Position numbers and translations under genes: made by a program. 64,000 nt of DNA from Candidatus Heimdallarchaeota archaeon (GTDB taxonomy: Archaea > Asgardarchaeota > Heimdallarchaeia > Heimdallarchaeales > Heimdallarchaeaceae), in the NCBI GenBank assembly GCA_016840095.1, contig JAEOSZ010000066.1, positions 55,850-119,849 on the forward strand. Direction: 5' to 3'. The notes beneath the pieces are model-generated. The model was not told the DNA's origin. It ran no database searches and saw only the letters and a program-made list of their open reading frames with translations. The stretch's first letter is position 1. Every line of letters begins with the position of its first letter. Below are positions 19,895 through 30,943 of this stretch, in pieces.

Positions 19895-20165
19895 GACGAT
19901 ATCATCTCTCTTTTTTCTACATTGCTCGTTCTTATCTATCGCTTTTAAATATAGTTATATCAAATATTTTTACACATTTATTAGTGATCATCTAAGAAAT
20001 TAGCAATGAAGAAGTGTTTTTTACATTTCAAAAAATAAAAGCTAGCTGAACGTAAAGTTTTTGATGTATAACAGTTGCTGGAATATCAGTCTTGAATAAA
20101 TAAGCATTAAAAATTACGATTTACATTCATTTAAGCAATAGGACACAATAATTGAGGAAGAATTA

Positions 20166-21482
20166 ATGAGCGAACAAGGTTCTCAAGAAAAAGAAGAAAA
20201 CAAAGCAGCTACTTCAAAACCTGAAGTAAGTGAAAAGGAAAAGAAAGTCATCAGACAGCCAGAAGTTAATATTGGAACAATAGGTCATGTTGATAATGGA
20301 AAGTCAACTTTAGTCCAAGCTCTGACAGGCAAATTCCCTGATGATCACTCTGAGGAACTAAAAAGAGGAATTTCAATAAGATTAGGTTATGCAGATACAG
20401 AGTTTCGTAAATGCCCAAAGTGCCCTGAACCTGAGGCTTTCACAATCGAGGAAACATGTCCGAAATGTGGAACACCTTCTGAATTTCTACGCAGAGTTTC
20501 CTTTGTTGATTGTCCAGGACATGAAGTACTGATGGCAACATTATTGTCAGGTGCAACACTTATGAATGGAGCAATTCTCTTAATAGCTGCTAATTCGAGA
20601 TGCCCTCAACCTCAGACTAGAGAACACCTTGCTGCAATGGAGATTCTTCAAATTCCAAATATTGTAATCGCTCAAAATAAAATTGAACTTGTTTCTGAGG
20701 AAGAAGCTCAGAGAAATTATAAGGAAATTCAAGACTTTGTCAAAGGGACTATTGCTGAAAATGCACCTATTGTACCTATCAGTGCTATGCACAAAGCCAA
20801 CTTAGATGTTTTAATTTCTGAAATTGAAAAGAACATCCCTACACCAGATTTAGATGTAGATAGCCCTCTTGAGATGCATGTTGCAAGATCTTTTGATATT
20901 AACAGACCAGGAACTAAGATTAGTAAACTAAAAGGTGGAGCTCTTGGAGGAACCATAATCAGAGGGCAACTTAATGTAGATGAAGAAATAGAAATTGTAC
21001 CAGGCATTGCTGTGAAGAAATCTAACAAAACTGTTTACACACCAATTAAAACAAAAATCAAAAGTGTTGCTATAGGAGAACAAGGTCTGGTTGAAAGTGC
21101 TCATTCTGGCGGTTTAGTTTCAGTTGGAACAGAGCTAGATCCTTCATTGGTTAAGGCAGACAAAATGGCTGGAAATATAATTACTACACCAGGTCATGCT
21201 CCTGATATCATTTCTGACCTCAAGCTTAAAGTTCTTCTAATGGAACATGTTGTTGGTTCTGAAGAAATTACAAAGGTTCAACCTTTAGCACAAGGTGAAA
21301 CATTGATGCTAAATGTAGGTACTGCAAAAACTGCAGGAGTAATAACTGAGATTAAAGGAACAGAAGCTCTAATAAAATTAAACCGTGAAGTAGCTGCAAG
21401 AGAACAGAGTAAGGTAGCAATATCTAGAAGAATATCTGGCAGATTTCGTCTAATAGGGGTTGGCGAAATACAAAAACAGTGA
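20166..21482 (+). CDS. eif2g: Translation initiation factor 2 gamma subunit
   Basis: QPEVNIGTIGHVD.GKST, HSEELKRGISIRLGY, DCPGHE and PQPQTREH motifs. Confidence 0.97.
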   Translation: MSEQGSQEKEENKAATSKPEVSEKEKKVIRQPEVNIGTIGHVDNGKSTLVQALTGKFPDDHSEELKRGISIRLGYADTEFRKCPKCPEPEAFTIEETCPKCGTPSEFLRRVSFVDCPGHEVLMATLLSGATLMNGAILLIAANSRCPQPQTREHLAAMEILQIPNIVIAQNKIELVSEEEAQRNYKEIQDFVKGTIAENAPIVPISAMHKANLDVLISEIEKNIPTPDLDVDSPLEMHVARSFDINRPGTKISKLKGGALGGTIIRGQLNVDEEIEIVPGIAVKKSNKTVYTPIKTKIKSVAIGEQGLVESAHSGGLVSVGTELDPSLVKADKMAGNIITTPGHAPDIISDLKLKVLLMEHVVGSEEITKVQPLAQGETLMLNVGTAKTAGVITEIKGTEALIKLNREVAAREQSKVAISRRISGRFRLIGVGEIQKQ

Positions 21483-21488
21483 AAATAG

Positions 21489-21878
21489 ATGTTAGTCATT
21501 TTAGATTCCAGTATGCTGATGCTTCCTCTAGAAAAAAAATTAAACATTACTTTTGAGATTGAAAGATTGGTACAGAAAAAGCTTGAAATTGTTGTACCAC
21601 AAGTTGTTTTAGATGAGCTAAAGAAGCTGCTGAATAACGAAAAGCAATCAACCATTCTAAAAGCAAAACTAGCGTTAGACCTTGCTAGTAAATTTTCAGT
21701 TCTTGAATCAGAAACAGGCTATTTTGCTGACGAAGAAATCTTACGTATAGCAGTGGAAAAAGATGCAATAGTAGCTACAAATGACTCAGAGCTGCGAATG
21801 AAGTTACGAGCGAGGGGAATTGCTGTTATTTCATTACGTGGGAAGAATAAGCTTTCTCTGTTTGGAGATATCAAATAG
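21489..21878 (+). CDS. PIN-domain protein (Fcf1/Utp24-like)
   Basis: ILDSS, V.DEL and VATND motifs; canonical position after aIF2-gamma. Confidence 0.88.
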   Translation: MLVILDSSMLMLPLEKKLNITFEIERLVQKKLEIVVPQVVLDELKKLLNNEKQSTILKAKLALDLASKFSVLESETGYFADEEILRIAVEKDAIVATNDSELRMKLRARGIAVISLRGKNKLSLFGDIK

Positions 21879-22010
21879 AGCTGAATTGAAACTGAACAGT
21901 ATTTATCAAAAGTCTTAATTAGATTATGTTATTGTTTTTTTTGTCCATACTAAAAGTAAGGAATGGATTAGAACATAAAAGAAACTATCACAGTATATGG
22001 GGTTGTTTAA

Positions 22011-22574
22011 TTGAAAATCGAAGGTTTGTTTCCGGAAATTAATGAAATTAAGAACGTAGATTTGAGAAGTAAAGTTGAGCATTCTCTTGAAAAAGCAATA
22101 AAACAAGGCGGATGGAATGAGCAAGATCTTCATAGAATTCCTTTTACTTTGCTAATTCCTGATTTGGTTAATGAAGATCTCTCCGTAAAAATCTCAATAA
22201 TTGAACATATTAGAGTAGTTACACAAATGTGTATAGCTACTTATGAAAAATATGACCAACTTGGTCTTGGAGATAAGTTGAATAGAGACGAACTAATTGC
22301 AGGTGGATTATTGCATGATGTTGGCAAATTTATTGAATATGAAAGAGACGAAAATGGATGCATTATTCAAACAGCAGAAGGCAAATTCATACGTCATCCT
22401 GCTATGGGTTTGGAATTAGTTTATGAATTCGATCTTCCATTAATTGTAAGACAAGCCATTGTTTTTCATAGTAAAGAAGGCGATAAAATCTCTAGATTAA
22501 AAGAAGTGGAGATTATCCATCGTTGTGATTTCTTGTGTTTTGCTCCTATAAAACAAATATTTGAAGAAAATTGA
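22011..22574 (+). CDS. HD-domain phosphohydrolase
   Basis: EH..V, LLHDVGK, RH and HS...D motifs. Confidence 0.85.
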   Translation: MKIEGLFPEINEIKNVDLRSKVEHSLEKAIKQGGWNEQDLHRIPFTLLIPDLVNEDLSVKISIIEHIRVVTQMCIATYEKYDQLGLGDKLNRDELIAGGLLHDVGKFIEYERDENGCIIQTAEGKFIRHPAMGLELVYEFDLPLIVRQAIVFHSKEGDKISRLKEVEIIHRCDFLCFAPIKQIFEEN

Positions 22575-22592
22575 GGAAAAGGTGTTCACAAA

Positions 22593-23720
22593 GTGAAAAA
22601 ATACAAAGTTGCAGTTCTACCAGGTGATGGTGTAGGAATTGATGTTACAGAAGCAGCAATGAAGGTCTTAGAGGCCGTTGGATTCAGTGATATAGCTGAA
22701 TATACATATGGAGATATTGGTTGGGAATTTTGGTGTAAAGAAGGAAATCCCTTACCAGATAGAACAATAGATCTCTTGAAGAATTCTGATTGTTGTTTGT
22801 TTTCAGCTATAACATCTAAACCAAAAGAAGAAGCTGAGAAAGAATTAATACCTGAATTACAAGGGAAGGGATTAATCTACTTCAGTCCTATTGTAAGATT
22901 AAGACAGTTGTTTGATCTTTATGTAAATTTACGTCCATGTAAAGCCTATTCAGGAAATCCTCTAAATTACAGAGATGATATTGATCTTGTAGTTTTTCGT
23001 GAAAATACTGAAGGACTCTATGTTGGAATAGAATGGCATCCTGTTCCACAAGAAGTTATGAAAACAATTGTGGAAAATCACCCAAAGGCAAAAAGGTTTG
23101 AGAATGCAAATCTTAATGACATAGCCATTTCTACAAGAATATTCACACGAGAAGGTGTTCAACGAATCTTAAAAGCCAGCATGGACTATGCTAAAGAATT
23201 CAACTATCCAACAGTAACAGTAGTTGAAAAACCAAATGTAATTAGAGAAACAAGTGGATTAATGGTTAGAGAAGCAAGAAAACTGATACAAAATTATGAC
23301 AACATTGATCTCTGGGAAACCAACATAGATGCTATGGCAATGTGGTTGGTAAAGAATCCTCAAGATTATGGTGTAATGGTAGCTTCAAACATGTTTGGTG
23401 ATATTATTTCAGACTTAGCTGCTCAACTTATTGGAGGATTAGGGTTTGCTTGCTCTGGAAACATTGGAGAAAAATTCGCAGTTTTTGAACCAACCCATGG
23501 ATCAGCACCAAAGTATGTAGGAATGAATAAAGTCAATCCAATCGCACAGATTCTTGCTGCAAAAATGATGCTTGATTGGCTAGGTGAAAAAGATATGGCC
23601 GAGAAAATCGAGGAGGCTGTTGCTGCAGTAGTCGCTGAAGGTAAATATCGAACTTATGATATGGGTGGCAATACTACTACATCAGAAATGGCTGATGCCA
23701 TCTGCGAAAAAATAGGTTAA
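22593..23720 (+). CDS. Isocitrate/isopropylmalate/homoisocitrate dehydrogenase family protein
   Basis: LPGDGVG, RENTEGLY, NMFGDIISD and FEPTHGSAP motifs. Confidence 0.92.
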   Translation: MKKYKVAVLPGDGVGIDVTEAAMKVLEAVGFSDIAEYTYGDIGWEFWCKEGNPLPDRTIDLLKNSDCCLFSAITSKPKEEAEKELIPELQGKGLIYFSPIVRLRQLFDLYVNLRPCKAYSGNPLNYRDDIDLVVFRENTEGLYVGIEWHPVPQEVMKTIVENHPKAKRFENANLNDIAISTRIFTREGVQRILKASMDYAKEFNYPTVTVVEKPNVIRETSGLMVREARKLIQNYDNIDLWETNIDAMAMWLVKNPQDYGVMVASNMFGDIISDLAAQLIGGLGFACSGNIGEKFAVFEPTHGSAPKYVGMNKVNPIAQILAAKMMLDWLGEKDMAEKIEEAVAAVVAEGKYRTYDMGGNTTTSEMADAICEKIG

Positions 23721-23830
23721 AACCAACCTATCCCTTCATTTTTTTGTTTATTTTTGATTAAGAACACATTCAAAAAAAATACATAGAGATATCCTTATTA
23801 CCATCTTTCTAATTGGTGAAATTGAGTGAA

Positions 23831-25099
23831 ATGGCTAGCTTCACACTAATTGAAAAAATTATTAGAAATCACACAAATGTTTCAGATAATGAGATTTACC
23901 CAGGAAATATCGTATGGGTCGATCTAGATTTAGTCACAGCAAGAGATTATGCTGGACCTCAAGTTATAGATCTTTTTCAAAAACATTATACAGGGAATAA
24001 AACATTCAATAACAAGAAAATCATTTTTACTCCAGATTGTTATCCTTATGGAAATGACCCCAAACATGCCAAAGATCAAGAAAAAATACGTGTTTTTGCA
24101 AAAGAACATGATATTGAAGTAACTGATTTAGGATCAGGTATTGGTTCCCATCTACTATTTCGAAGAGGATTTTCAAAACCAGGGGATATTGCTATTGGAG
24201 CTGATAGTCACTACAATATCTTAGGTGCTTTAGGTATATTAGGTCAAGGGGCAGGAGATGTTATGCTTGCCTTTGCTATGAAAACAGGAAAATCTTGGAT
24301 CAAAATACCTGAAACAATAAAAGTAATTCTGAAAGGTGACTACAAATGGCCAACTACAGCAAAAGATTTAGCTCTCTTTGTTCTCAAAGAACTTCATGAA
24401 TATGGGATCACTGGAAAAGCTGTAGAATTTTATGGTACCATTATCGATAAGTTAACAATTGAAGAAAGAGTTACCTTATGTTCTCTTATTACAGAAGCTT
24501 CTGGTGTTATCGGATTTATAGCAGCTGATCAAACAACTTCAGATTATTATTCCGAAATCGGTTTTGATGTTGAGAAGATTTCAGCTGATGTTGATGCAAT
24601 TTATGCTTCAGAATTGATTATAGACATTCAAGATTTAGGACAATATATAGCATGCCCACCTCATCCTCATAATGTTAAAAAAATTGAGGAAGTTGTTGGA
24701 ACACCAATAAATTCTATTGTTATTGGTTCTTGTACTAATGGTAGTGCAGCTGATATTCATGAAGCTGCTATTATACTCAAAGGACAAAAAGTCAGCCCAA
24801 ACGTGAGATTTGGTATTGTTCCTGCTACAAGAGAGGATTTTGTATCAATCAATTTAGAGGGAGATATGACTACGATTTTAGAAGCTGGTGGAAATTTCTT
24901 TGGAGCTGGATGTTCAACATGTGCAAAGGGTCAATATGGTTTAACTGGGGGCAAAACAGCTGTAACTTTAACCACAGGCAATAGAAATACTCAAGGTAAA
25001 ATAGGTCCAGCAGATGTTTACCTTGCAAGCCCTGTTGTAGCAGCTGCAGCTGCAATAAACGGGAAAATAGTTTCTCCAAAAGAGGTGATTGAAAAATGA
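23831..25099 (+). CDS. LeuC/HacA-type aconitase-family large subunit
   Basis: GADSH, IGSCTNG, GCSTC and VYLASP motifs. Start taken at the ATG; an upstream TTG at 23813 is possible. Confidence 0.88.
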   Translation: MASFTLIEKIIRNHTNVSDNEIYPGNIVWVDLDLVTARDYAGPQVIDLFQKHYTGNKTFNNKKIIFTPDCYPYGNDPKHAKDQEKIRVFAKEHDIEVTDLGSGIGSHLLFRRGFSKPGDIAIGADSHYNILGALGILGQGAGDVMLAFAMKTGKSWIKIPETIKVILKGDYKWPTTAKDLALFVLKELHEYGITGKAVEFYGTIIDKLTIEERVTLCSLITEASGVIGFIAADQTTSDYYSEIGFDVEKISADVDAIYASELIIDIQDLGQYIACPPHPHNVKKIEEVVGTPINSIVIGSCTNGSAADIHEAAIILKGQKVSPNVRFGIVPATREDFVSINLEGDMTTILEAGGNFFGAGCSTCAKGQYGLTGGKTAVTLTTGNRNTQGKIGPADVYLASPVVAAAAAINGKIVSPKEVIEK

Positions 25100-25602
25100 G
25101 TGAAGATAAAGTCAAAGCTCAAGCAAAAGTAGTTATGGTTGATGATATTGATACTGATCAAATATTTCATCAATCTTTATTAACGATTCACGATCCTGAA
25201 GAAATAAAACCACATATTTTTGGTAATTTGAAAGGATATGAAAACTTCGGGAAAGAAGAGAATACAGGAAAAATACTTTTGGTTGGTAAGAATTTTGGTA
25301 AAGGATCGACAAGGCAGCAAGCTGTTACAGGTTTTCTAGCCCATGGAATTAAAGCTATAATTGGTGAGTCTTTTGGTCCCATTTACTACAGTAATGCTGT
25401 AAATTCAGGATTACTTCTGGTTGAAGCTCCAGAAATTTCTCAATTTGATGTTAAAGAAGATGATGAACTTGAGATAGATATAAATCAATCAAGGATTACA
25501 AATTTGAAAAATAATAATAGCATAAAATGTGCTAAAATACCCCAACCAGTTTTAGATATTATGAAAGCAGGTGGACTTCTAAAACTTGGAGAAAAATTGT
25601 AA
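25096..25602 (+). CDS. LeuD/HacB-type aconitase small (swivel) subunit
   Basis: DDIDTDQI, GKNFGKGSTRQQA and GGLL motifs. Confidence 0.88.
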   Translation: MSEDKVKAQAKVVMVDDIDTDQIFHQSLLTIHDPEEIKPHIFGNLKGYENFGKEENTGKILLVGKNFGKGSTRQQAVTGFLAHGIKAIIGESFGPIYYSNAVNSGLLLVEAPEISQFDVKEDDELEIDINQSRITNLKNNNSIKCAKIPQPVLDIMKAGGLLKLGEKL

Positions 25603-25605
25603 TGT

Positions 25606-27465
25606 GTGAGAGAAATGAGTGGAAAAACATTTTCAGAAAAACTTTTTTCTTTAAAATCAAACAAAGATGTTAATGCAGGTGATATCGTTTATGCTGAACC
25701 AGATTTAACCCTATCACATGATAATTCAGCATCAATAGAGAAAACTTTTCAAAAAATGGGTGGATCAAAAATCAAATATCCGGAGCGATTAGTAATTGTT
25801 CTTGATCATGATTCTCCTCCCACAAGTGCTAAAATAGCAAATGATCATAAGAATATTAGAGAATTAGTTAGAAAACAAAATATCATTAACTTCTATGATG
25901 AGGGAAAAGGAATTTGTCACCAGCTAATGTCGAATCATGCAAAACCCAATATGCTAGTTGTAGGTTCAGATTCACATACTTGTACAAGTGGAGCATTTTC
26001 AACTTTTGCTGCTGGAATTGATAGAACTGAAACAGCAGGATTATGGTTAACAGGAAAGACTTGGTTTAGAGTTCCTGAAACTATTAAAGTTGTGTTAAAC
26101 GGAAAATTACCTCTAGGTGTTTATGCTAAAGATATAGCATTATGGTTAATGAATAAAGTAGGGGCTTCTGGAGCTACATATTATGCAATAGAGTTTCATG
26201 GTGATGGTGTCGAAACTTTGTCAATATCTGAAAGAATGACACTAGCTAATCTAGCTTCTGAAATGGGTGCAAAAACAGCAATATTCCCACCAGATCAGAT
26301 CTTAATCAACTGGTTAAAAAACAAGTATGCTTCAATCAAGATAATAGAAAATGAACTGATTTGGTCAGACGACGATGCAATATTTCAATCAGAAATTACA
26401 TTGGATTTGGATAGTCTTGAACCATTAGTTGCTATTCCACATCAAGTAGACAATGTTCAATTCGTAAAAAAACTTGAGGAAATAAGTATAGATCAAGTTT
26501 TTCTTGGTACTTGTACAAATGCTCGTTTAGACGATCTGGAAATTGCAGCAGGGATTATTAAAGATAAAAAAGTAAAGGAAGGAGTAGTATTTCTTGTAGC
26601 TCCTGCATCAAATAAAGTCTACCTCGAAGCATTAGAAAAAGGTGTAATCAAAACACTAGTTGAAGCAGGAGCAACTATACTTTCATGCAGTTGTGGTCCT
26701 TGTTTAGGAAAAGGTCAAGGGATACCTGCAGATGACTGGATTGTTTTATCTACAGCTAATAGGAATTTTCTAGGTAGAATGGGAAATAAAAATGCGAAGA
26801 TATTCTTAGCTTCTCCCGCTACAATTGCAGCATCTGCAATCGAGGGAAAAATCACAGATCCTAGAATCTTCTTGACTTCAGAATCAATAGATTATGAAAC
26901 TAAAATTAAGTTACAATCCAGAGACGTAGAATCTCAAGTATTTGAAATTACTCAACAAGATGACAGGTCGTTTCAGAATATCTGGGATTATAGTGACATA
27001 GATGATTTCAATACAGATTTAATGTTTGCTGGTGGTCTTACATATGATATTAAATCTTCAGATGGAGAAAAGATTGTTCCTCATTTATTCAAGGGTTTAG
27101 ATGAAAAATTTGCGGATAGAGTTAAAGAAGAAGACATAGTTGTTGGAGGAAATAATTTTGGATGCGGTTCATCTAGAGAACATCCTGCTGTAGGTCTTGC
27201 TGCAGCTGGTGTGAAAGCTGTTATTGTAAAATCAGTATCCAGAATTTTCTATAGATCAGCAATTAACCAAGGATTACCAATAATTGTGCATCAAGAATTT
27301 GTTGAAAAATTTGATAGGAATCTACAAACAACTATAGATTTAGAAAATGGACAAATTGTCAATGGTAACCAGATTTACACATTTCCAAAACTACCTAATG
27401 AATTACTACAAATATTTACAGCTGGAGGACTTATCAAGTATTATAGCAAAAAATACTCGAAATAG
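25606..27465 (+). CDS. Fused LeuC+LeuD-type aconitase/homoaconitase
   Basis: GSDSHT, GTCTN and SCGPC in the large domain; NTD and NFGCGSSREH in the C-terminal swivel domain. Confidence 0.9.
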   Translation: MREMSGKTFSEKLFSLKSNKDVNAGDIVYAEPDLTLSHDNSASIEKTFQKMGGSKIKYPERLVIVLDHDSPPTSAKIANDHKNIRELVRKQNIINFYDEGKGICHQLMSNHAKPNMLVVGSDSHTCTSGAFSTFAAGIDRTETAGLWLTGKTWFRVPETIKVVLNGKLPLGVYAKDIALWLMNKVGASGATYYAIEFHGDGVETLSISERMTLANLASEMGAKTAIFPPDQILINWLKNKYASIKIIENELIWSDDDAIFQSEITLDLDSLEPLVAIPHQVDNVQFVKKLEEISIDQVFLGTCTNARLDDLEIAAGIIKDKKVKEGVVFLVAPASNKVYLEALEKGVIKTLVEAGATILSCSCGPCLGKGQGIPADDWIVLSTANRNFLGRMGNKNAKIFLASPATIAASAIEGKITDPRIFLTSESIDYETKIKLQSRDVESQVFEITQQDDRSFQNIWDYSDIDDFNTDLMFAGGLTYDIKSSDGEKIVPHLFKGLDEKFADRVKEEDIVVGGNNFGCGSSREHPAVGLAAAGVKAVIVKSVSRIFYRSAINQGLPIIVHQEFVEKFDRNLQTTIDLENGQIVNGNQIYTFPKLPNELLQIFTAGGLIKYYSKKYSK

Positions 27466-27475
27466 GGAGATAAAG

Positions 27476-28789
27476 ATGAGATTATATGAACATGAAGCAA
27501 AGCAGATTTTTAGTCAGTACGACATTCAAATACCTAAGCAAATAGCAGTTATAGAAAAAATAGAGGATTTGGAAGAATTATCTATAGATTTTCCAATCAT
27601 GATAAAAGCCATGGTTTTGATTGGGGGCAGAGGAAAAGCTGGAGGGATAAAAAAAGCAGAAACCATTGAAGAAGCTAAACAAATAATCAAAGAGATGCTT
27701 GAACTAACTATACATGGTTACCCCATCGAGAAAATTTTACTTGAAAAAACAGTTACAATTGCAAATGAGATCTATTTAGCCATAACTACTGATCCAGCCA
27801 CGTTTGATATTGTTTTAGTAACCTCAGCAAAGGGAGGTATTGATATTGAAGAGGTTGCTAAAACTGAACCTGAAGAGATATTTAAGAAATTCTTGAAGCA
27901 TAATGAGAAGTCATTGCCCTCTGAGATTGGTAAAGAAGCTGTAGAATTTCTATTAAGAAAGAATCAAGAATTAAAATCAGTTACCGAAAAACTACAAAGA
28001 ACAATAGATCGACTATATTCCGCTTTTCAAGGAGCAGAAGCAAAAATCTGTGAGATTAACCCACTGATAGTTACCAAAGATAACGAAATAATTGCAGCAG
28101 ATGCAAAGTTTGTTATTGATGATAACAGTTTGTACAGACAGACTCCTCTGTTGAAATCTATTGAAATAAATCCTGAAAGCAAAAGGCATGATGTCTCTGA
28201 GCAGACACAATATGAAGCTAAAGCATATCAAATTGGTTTTCCTTTTCTTGATTTGCTTGCCAATCCTGAGAATTTCAAAAAAGATGAAGAGAAATTATAT
28301 GTTGGATTAGTTCCTGGAGGAGCTGGTTATGGAATATTTTCCATAGATGAAATTGTTAATGTTGGAAATCGGTATTTTGACGGTAAAGTAGTTCCGATTA
28401 ACTTTATGGATAGTGGTGGTGGTCCCTCTATAAGTAAGGTAGCTGATATGTTTCATCTCCTAATGGATCATCCAGCTACTGATTTGATTATTACAAGTCG
28501 TTTTGGAGGTATATCAAGCTGTGATGTCTTCATTCAGGGATTAATTATGTCTTTAAGAGATAGATTTATTGCAAAAAAACGTATGATTCCTGTTTTTGGT
28601 AGAATGGTTGGAACTGATTTAGCTGCAGCAAAAGCATTTCTAGAAAAAGCTAAACGTGAAACACCCGATCCATTAGAAGACCTACATATCGTAGTTGGAA
28701 ATCAAAAAATAATGGCTGATGTCATTAAAGATGGTATTGAGTATGGATTCAAAGCGAAAAAACAAAACATTGGTTTGGAGGGTGATTAA
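27476..28789 (+). CDS. ATP-grasp beta subunit of ATP-citrate lyase/citryl-CoA synthetase (SucC-like)
   Basis: MRLYEHEAK, GGRGKAGG, EINPL, DAK..IDDN and GGAG motifs. Start moved to MRLYE. Confidence 0.82.
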   Translation: MRLYEHEAKQIFSQYDIQIPKQIAVIEKIEDLEELSIDFPIMIKAMVLIGGRGKAGGIKKAETIEEAKQIIKEMLELTIHGYPIEKILLEKTVTIANEIYLAITTDPATFDIVLVTSAKGGIDIEEVAKTEPEEIFKKFLKHNEKSLPSEIGKEAVEFLLRKNQELKSVTEKLQRTIDRLYSAFQGAEAKICEINPLIVTKDNEIIAADAKFVIDDNSLYRQTPLLKSIEINPESKRHDVSEQTQYEAKAYQIGFPFLDLLANPENFKKDEEKLYVGLVPGGAGYGIFSIDEIVNVGNRYFDGKVVPINFMDSGGGPSISKVADMFHLLMDHPATDLIITSRFGGISSCDVFIQGLIMSLRDRFIAKKRMIPVFGRMVGTDLAAAKAFLEKAKRETPDPLEDLHIVVGNQKIMADVIKDGIEYGFKAKKQNIGLEGD

Positions 28790-30934
28790 ATGGCACAAAT
28801 AGAAAAACTCGCAGTTGATCAAGGGCTTCTTTATTATTTTATTAAACAAGTGCGTCCAGAACTTGCACAGAAAATATCAGAACAAAAAACAATTGAAACA
28901 ATGATTGTAGGGTTAGGAAGACAAGGTACTAGACATGCACAACTCATGATGGAATATGGAACTAATGTTACATGTGGGTTAGCACCAGGTAGAGGTGGAA
29001 CTACTGTTCATGAGACAATTCCTGTTTACAATACAGCAAAAGAAGCTTTACAAAACCACCCAAATATAGCTGTTGCAAGCATATGGAAACACTATTCCTC
29101 AGCTAAAGAAGCAACTATAGAAATTATCCGTGCTGGTATCCCTATAGTTGTTTTAATCTCAGAATTTATTCCTCTAAAGGATGTTAGAGACATTCTTGTA
29201 GAAGCTAGAAAACACAAAACAATCTTATTTGGAGGAAATACTCCAGGAATTATATTCCCACCTGAAGGAATAAAGGTCGGTATGCTTCCTGACATCTTTC
29301 AAGCTCAAGAAGAAGAAACAAAGATTGGTCCCAAAGGTGTCACAATATTGTCCAGAAGCGGTGCTATCCTTTACCATTTATCAGATGCTCTTGCTAGTGC
29401 TGGTATTGCACAAAATGGAGTACTTGGAGTTGGTGGAGATGGTGCAATAGGTTCCCGATTTGTAGATTTGGTTTCGAGAATAATGAGTTATGAACACACA
29501 GAATTAGTTGTAATTGCAGGTGAGATAGGTGGTATGCAAGAGGAATTACTTGCAGAAGATATGATCGCACATCCAAAGAATTATCCAAAACCTCTAGTTG
29601 CTCTTATTTCAGGAGCTAACGCACCAGTTGGCAAAACTATGGGGCACGCTGGAGCTGTAATTTCTCCTGGACAAGTTTATGGTACTTACCAATCTAAAAG
29701 AGAATCTCTAGAAAAAGCTGGAGTAACAGTTATCAATCACCAAAGAGATCTAATTGAAGCTGTAAAATCAAAATTGAACAAGACATATTTTGATATTGAA
29801 AAATATTATGAAAAAATGAGAAAGAAATGGGATGCCAGACCACCAGTAGAAACCTGGGGAACATTAATAACCAATGTGATGCCAAACAACTTGATTATTC
29901 GAGGTTATCCATTACAAGAGATAATTGCAAAAAAGGGTCTTCTTGAAACCTCACATTTGTTGATAAAAGGTGAATTTCCAAATGAAGTTCAACTTAAAGA
30001 TCTTGAAAACATCGCAAAAGAAGCTATCAAACAAGAACTCAAAGATTATAGTTCAATTACTATAAGTTCTGATATCTCTAAAAGTCTTGGAACCTTTATG
30101 TTATTCGATGAGCAACTAGCTGAATTTGTTATGTCTAATTCTGAAGAAACAAAAATTGCAGCTTATACCCTAGGAAGGGTTTTGAAATATTTCTCTTGTA
30201 TTCTTGGAAACTTAGATGATTTAGAGGTTTCTTCAACTATAAATTCATCTTTCTCAGAGATGATATACAAGGGGTTAACTGGAGAGTCAAATCCTGATTC
30301 TGATAAAATTAGATTATTAGAAGCAATGATTACAGCTTGTGTTGATCATGGTGTCACACCACCATCAGCTCAAACAACCCTAATATTGGCATCAACTAGA
30401 GCAAATTACGAGGTGGCAGTAGCAGGTGGTTTACAAGCTATAACTGATGTTCATGGTGGAGCGGGTCAAAAAGCAGCTAAATTCTTCTTATCAATCATAG
30501 ATAAATCGGAAAAAGAAAACAAAGAACTTGAAGAATCTACCTTCGAAATGATAAAAGAAACCATCAAAACAGGGAAACGAATAGAAGGATTAGGTCACCG
30601 TATCCATACAAAAGATCCTAGAAGAGATGTGTTATGGAATCTTGCAGAAAAAGCAGGATATGCAAAAGGTTGTGTTGAAGTTTCAAAAATGATAAGTTCG
30701 GTTTTCCATCGAGTAAGAGGAATGAATCTTCCCATCAATGTGGATGGAGTGATTGCTGCAATTACAGCTGATATGGGATTAAATCCAAAATTAGCAAAAG
30801 TAATCTTTGTATTAGGTAGAACAGCTGGATTAGCTGCACATTATTTCGAAGAAGTAAATACTCAACCTCAAATGAGAAGAATAGAATTCAGCAAAGCTAC
30901 ATACAAAGGACAACCTTTTCGAGAAGTTAAATGA
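28790..30934 (+). CDS. ATP-citrate-lyase alpha-like subunit (SucD-like CoA-binding/ligase + citryl-CoA lyase domain)
   Basis: GGNTPG, SRSG, GEIGG and phospho-His MGHAGA, followed by citrate-synthase-fold DHG..PPS, HGGAG, GLGHR.H..DPR and NVDG. Confidence 0.85.
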   Translation: MAQIEKLAVDQGLLYYFIKQVRPELAQKISEQKTIETMIVGLGRQGTRHAQLMMEYGTNVTCGLAPGRGGTTVHETIPVYNTAKEALQNHPNIAVASIWKHYSSAKEATIEIIRAGIPIVVLISEFIPLKDVRDILVEARKHKTILFGGNTPGIIFPPEGIKVGMLPDIFQAQEEETKIGPKGVTILSRSGAILYHLSDALASAGIAQNGVLGVGGDGAIGSRFVDLVSRIMSYEHTELVVIAGEIGGMQEELLAEDMIAHPKNYPKPLVALISGANAPVGKTMGHAGAVISPGQVYGTYQSKRESLEKAGVTVINHQRDLIEAVKSKLNKTYFDIEKYYEKMRKKWDARPPVETWGTLITNVMPNNLIIRGYPLQEIIAKKGLLETSHLLIKGEFPNEVQLKDLENIAKEAIKQELKDYSSITISSDISKSLGTFMLFDEQLAEFVMSNSEETKIAAYTLGRVLKYFSCILGNLDDLEVSSTINSSFSEMIYKGLTGESNPDSDKIRLLEAMITACVDHGVTPPSAQTTLILASTRANYEVAVAGGLQAITDVHGGAGQKAAKFFLSIIDKSEKENKELEESTFEMIKETIKTGKRIEGLGHRIHTKDPRRDVLWNLAEKAGYAKGCVEVSKMISSVFHRVRGMNLPINVDGVIAAITADMGLNPKLAKVIFVLGRTAGLAAHYFEEVNTQPQMRRIEFSKATYKGQPFREVK

Positions 30935-30943
30935 ATTGTATAA

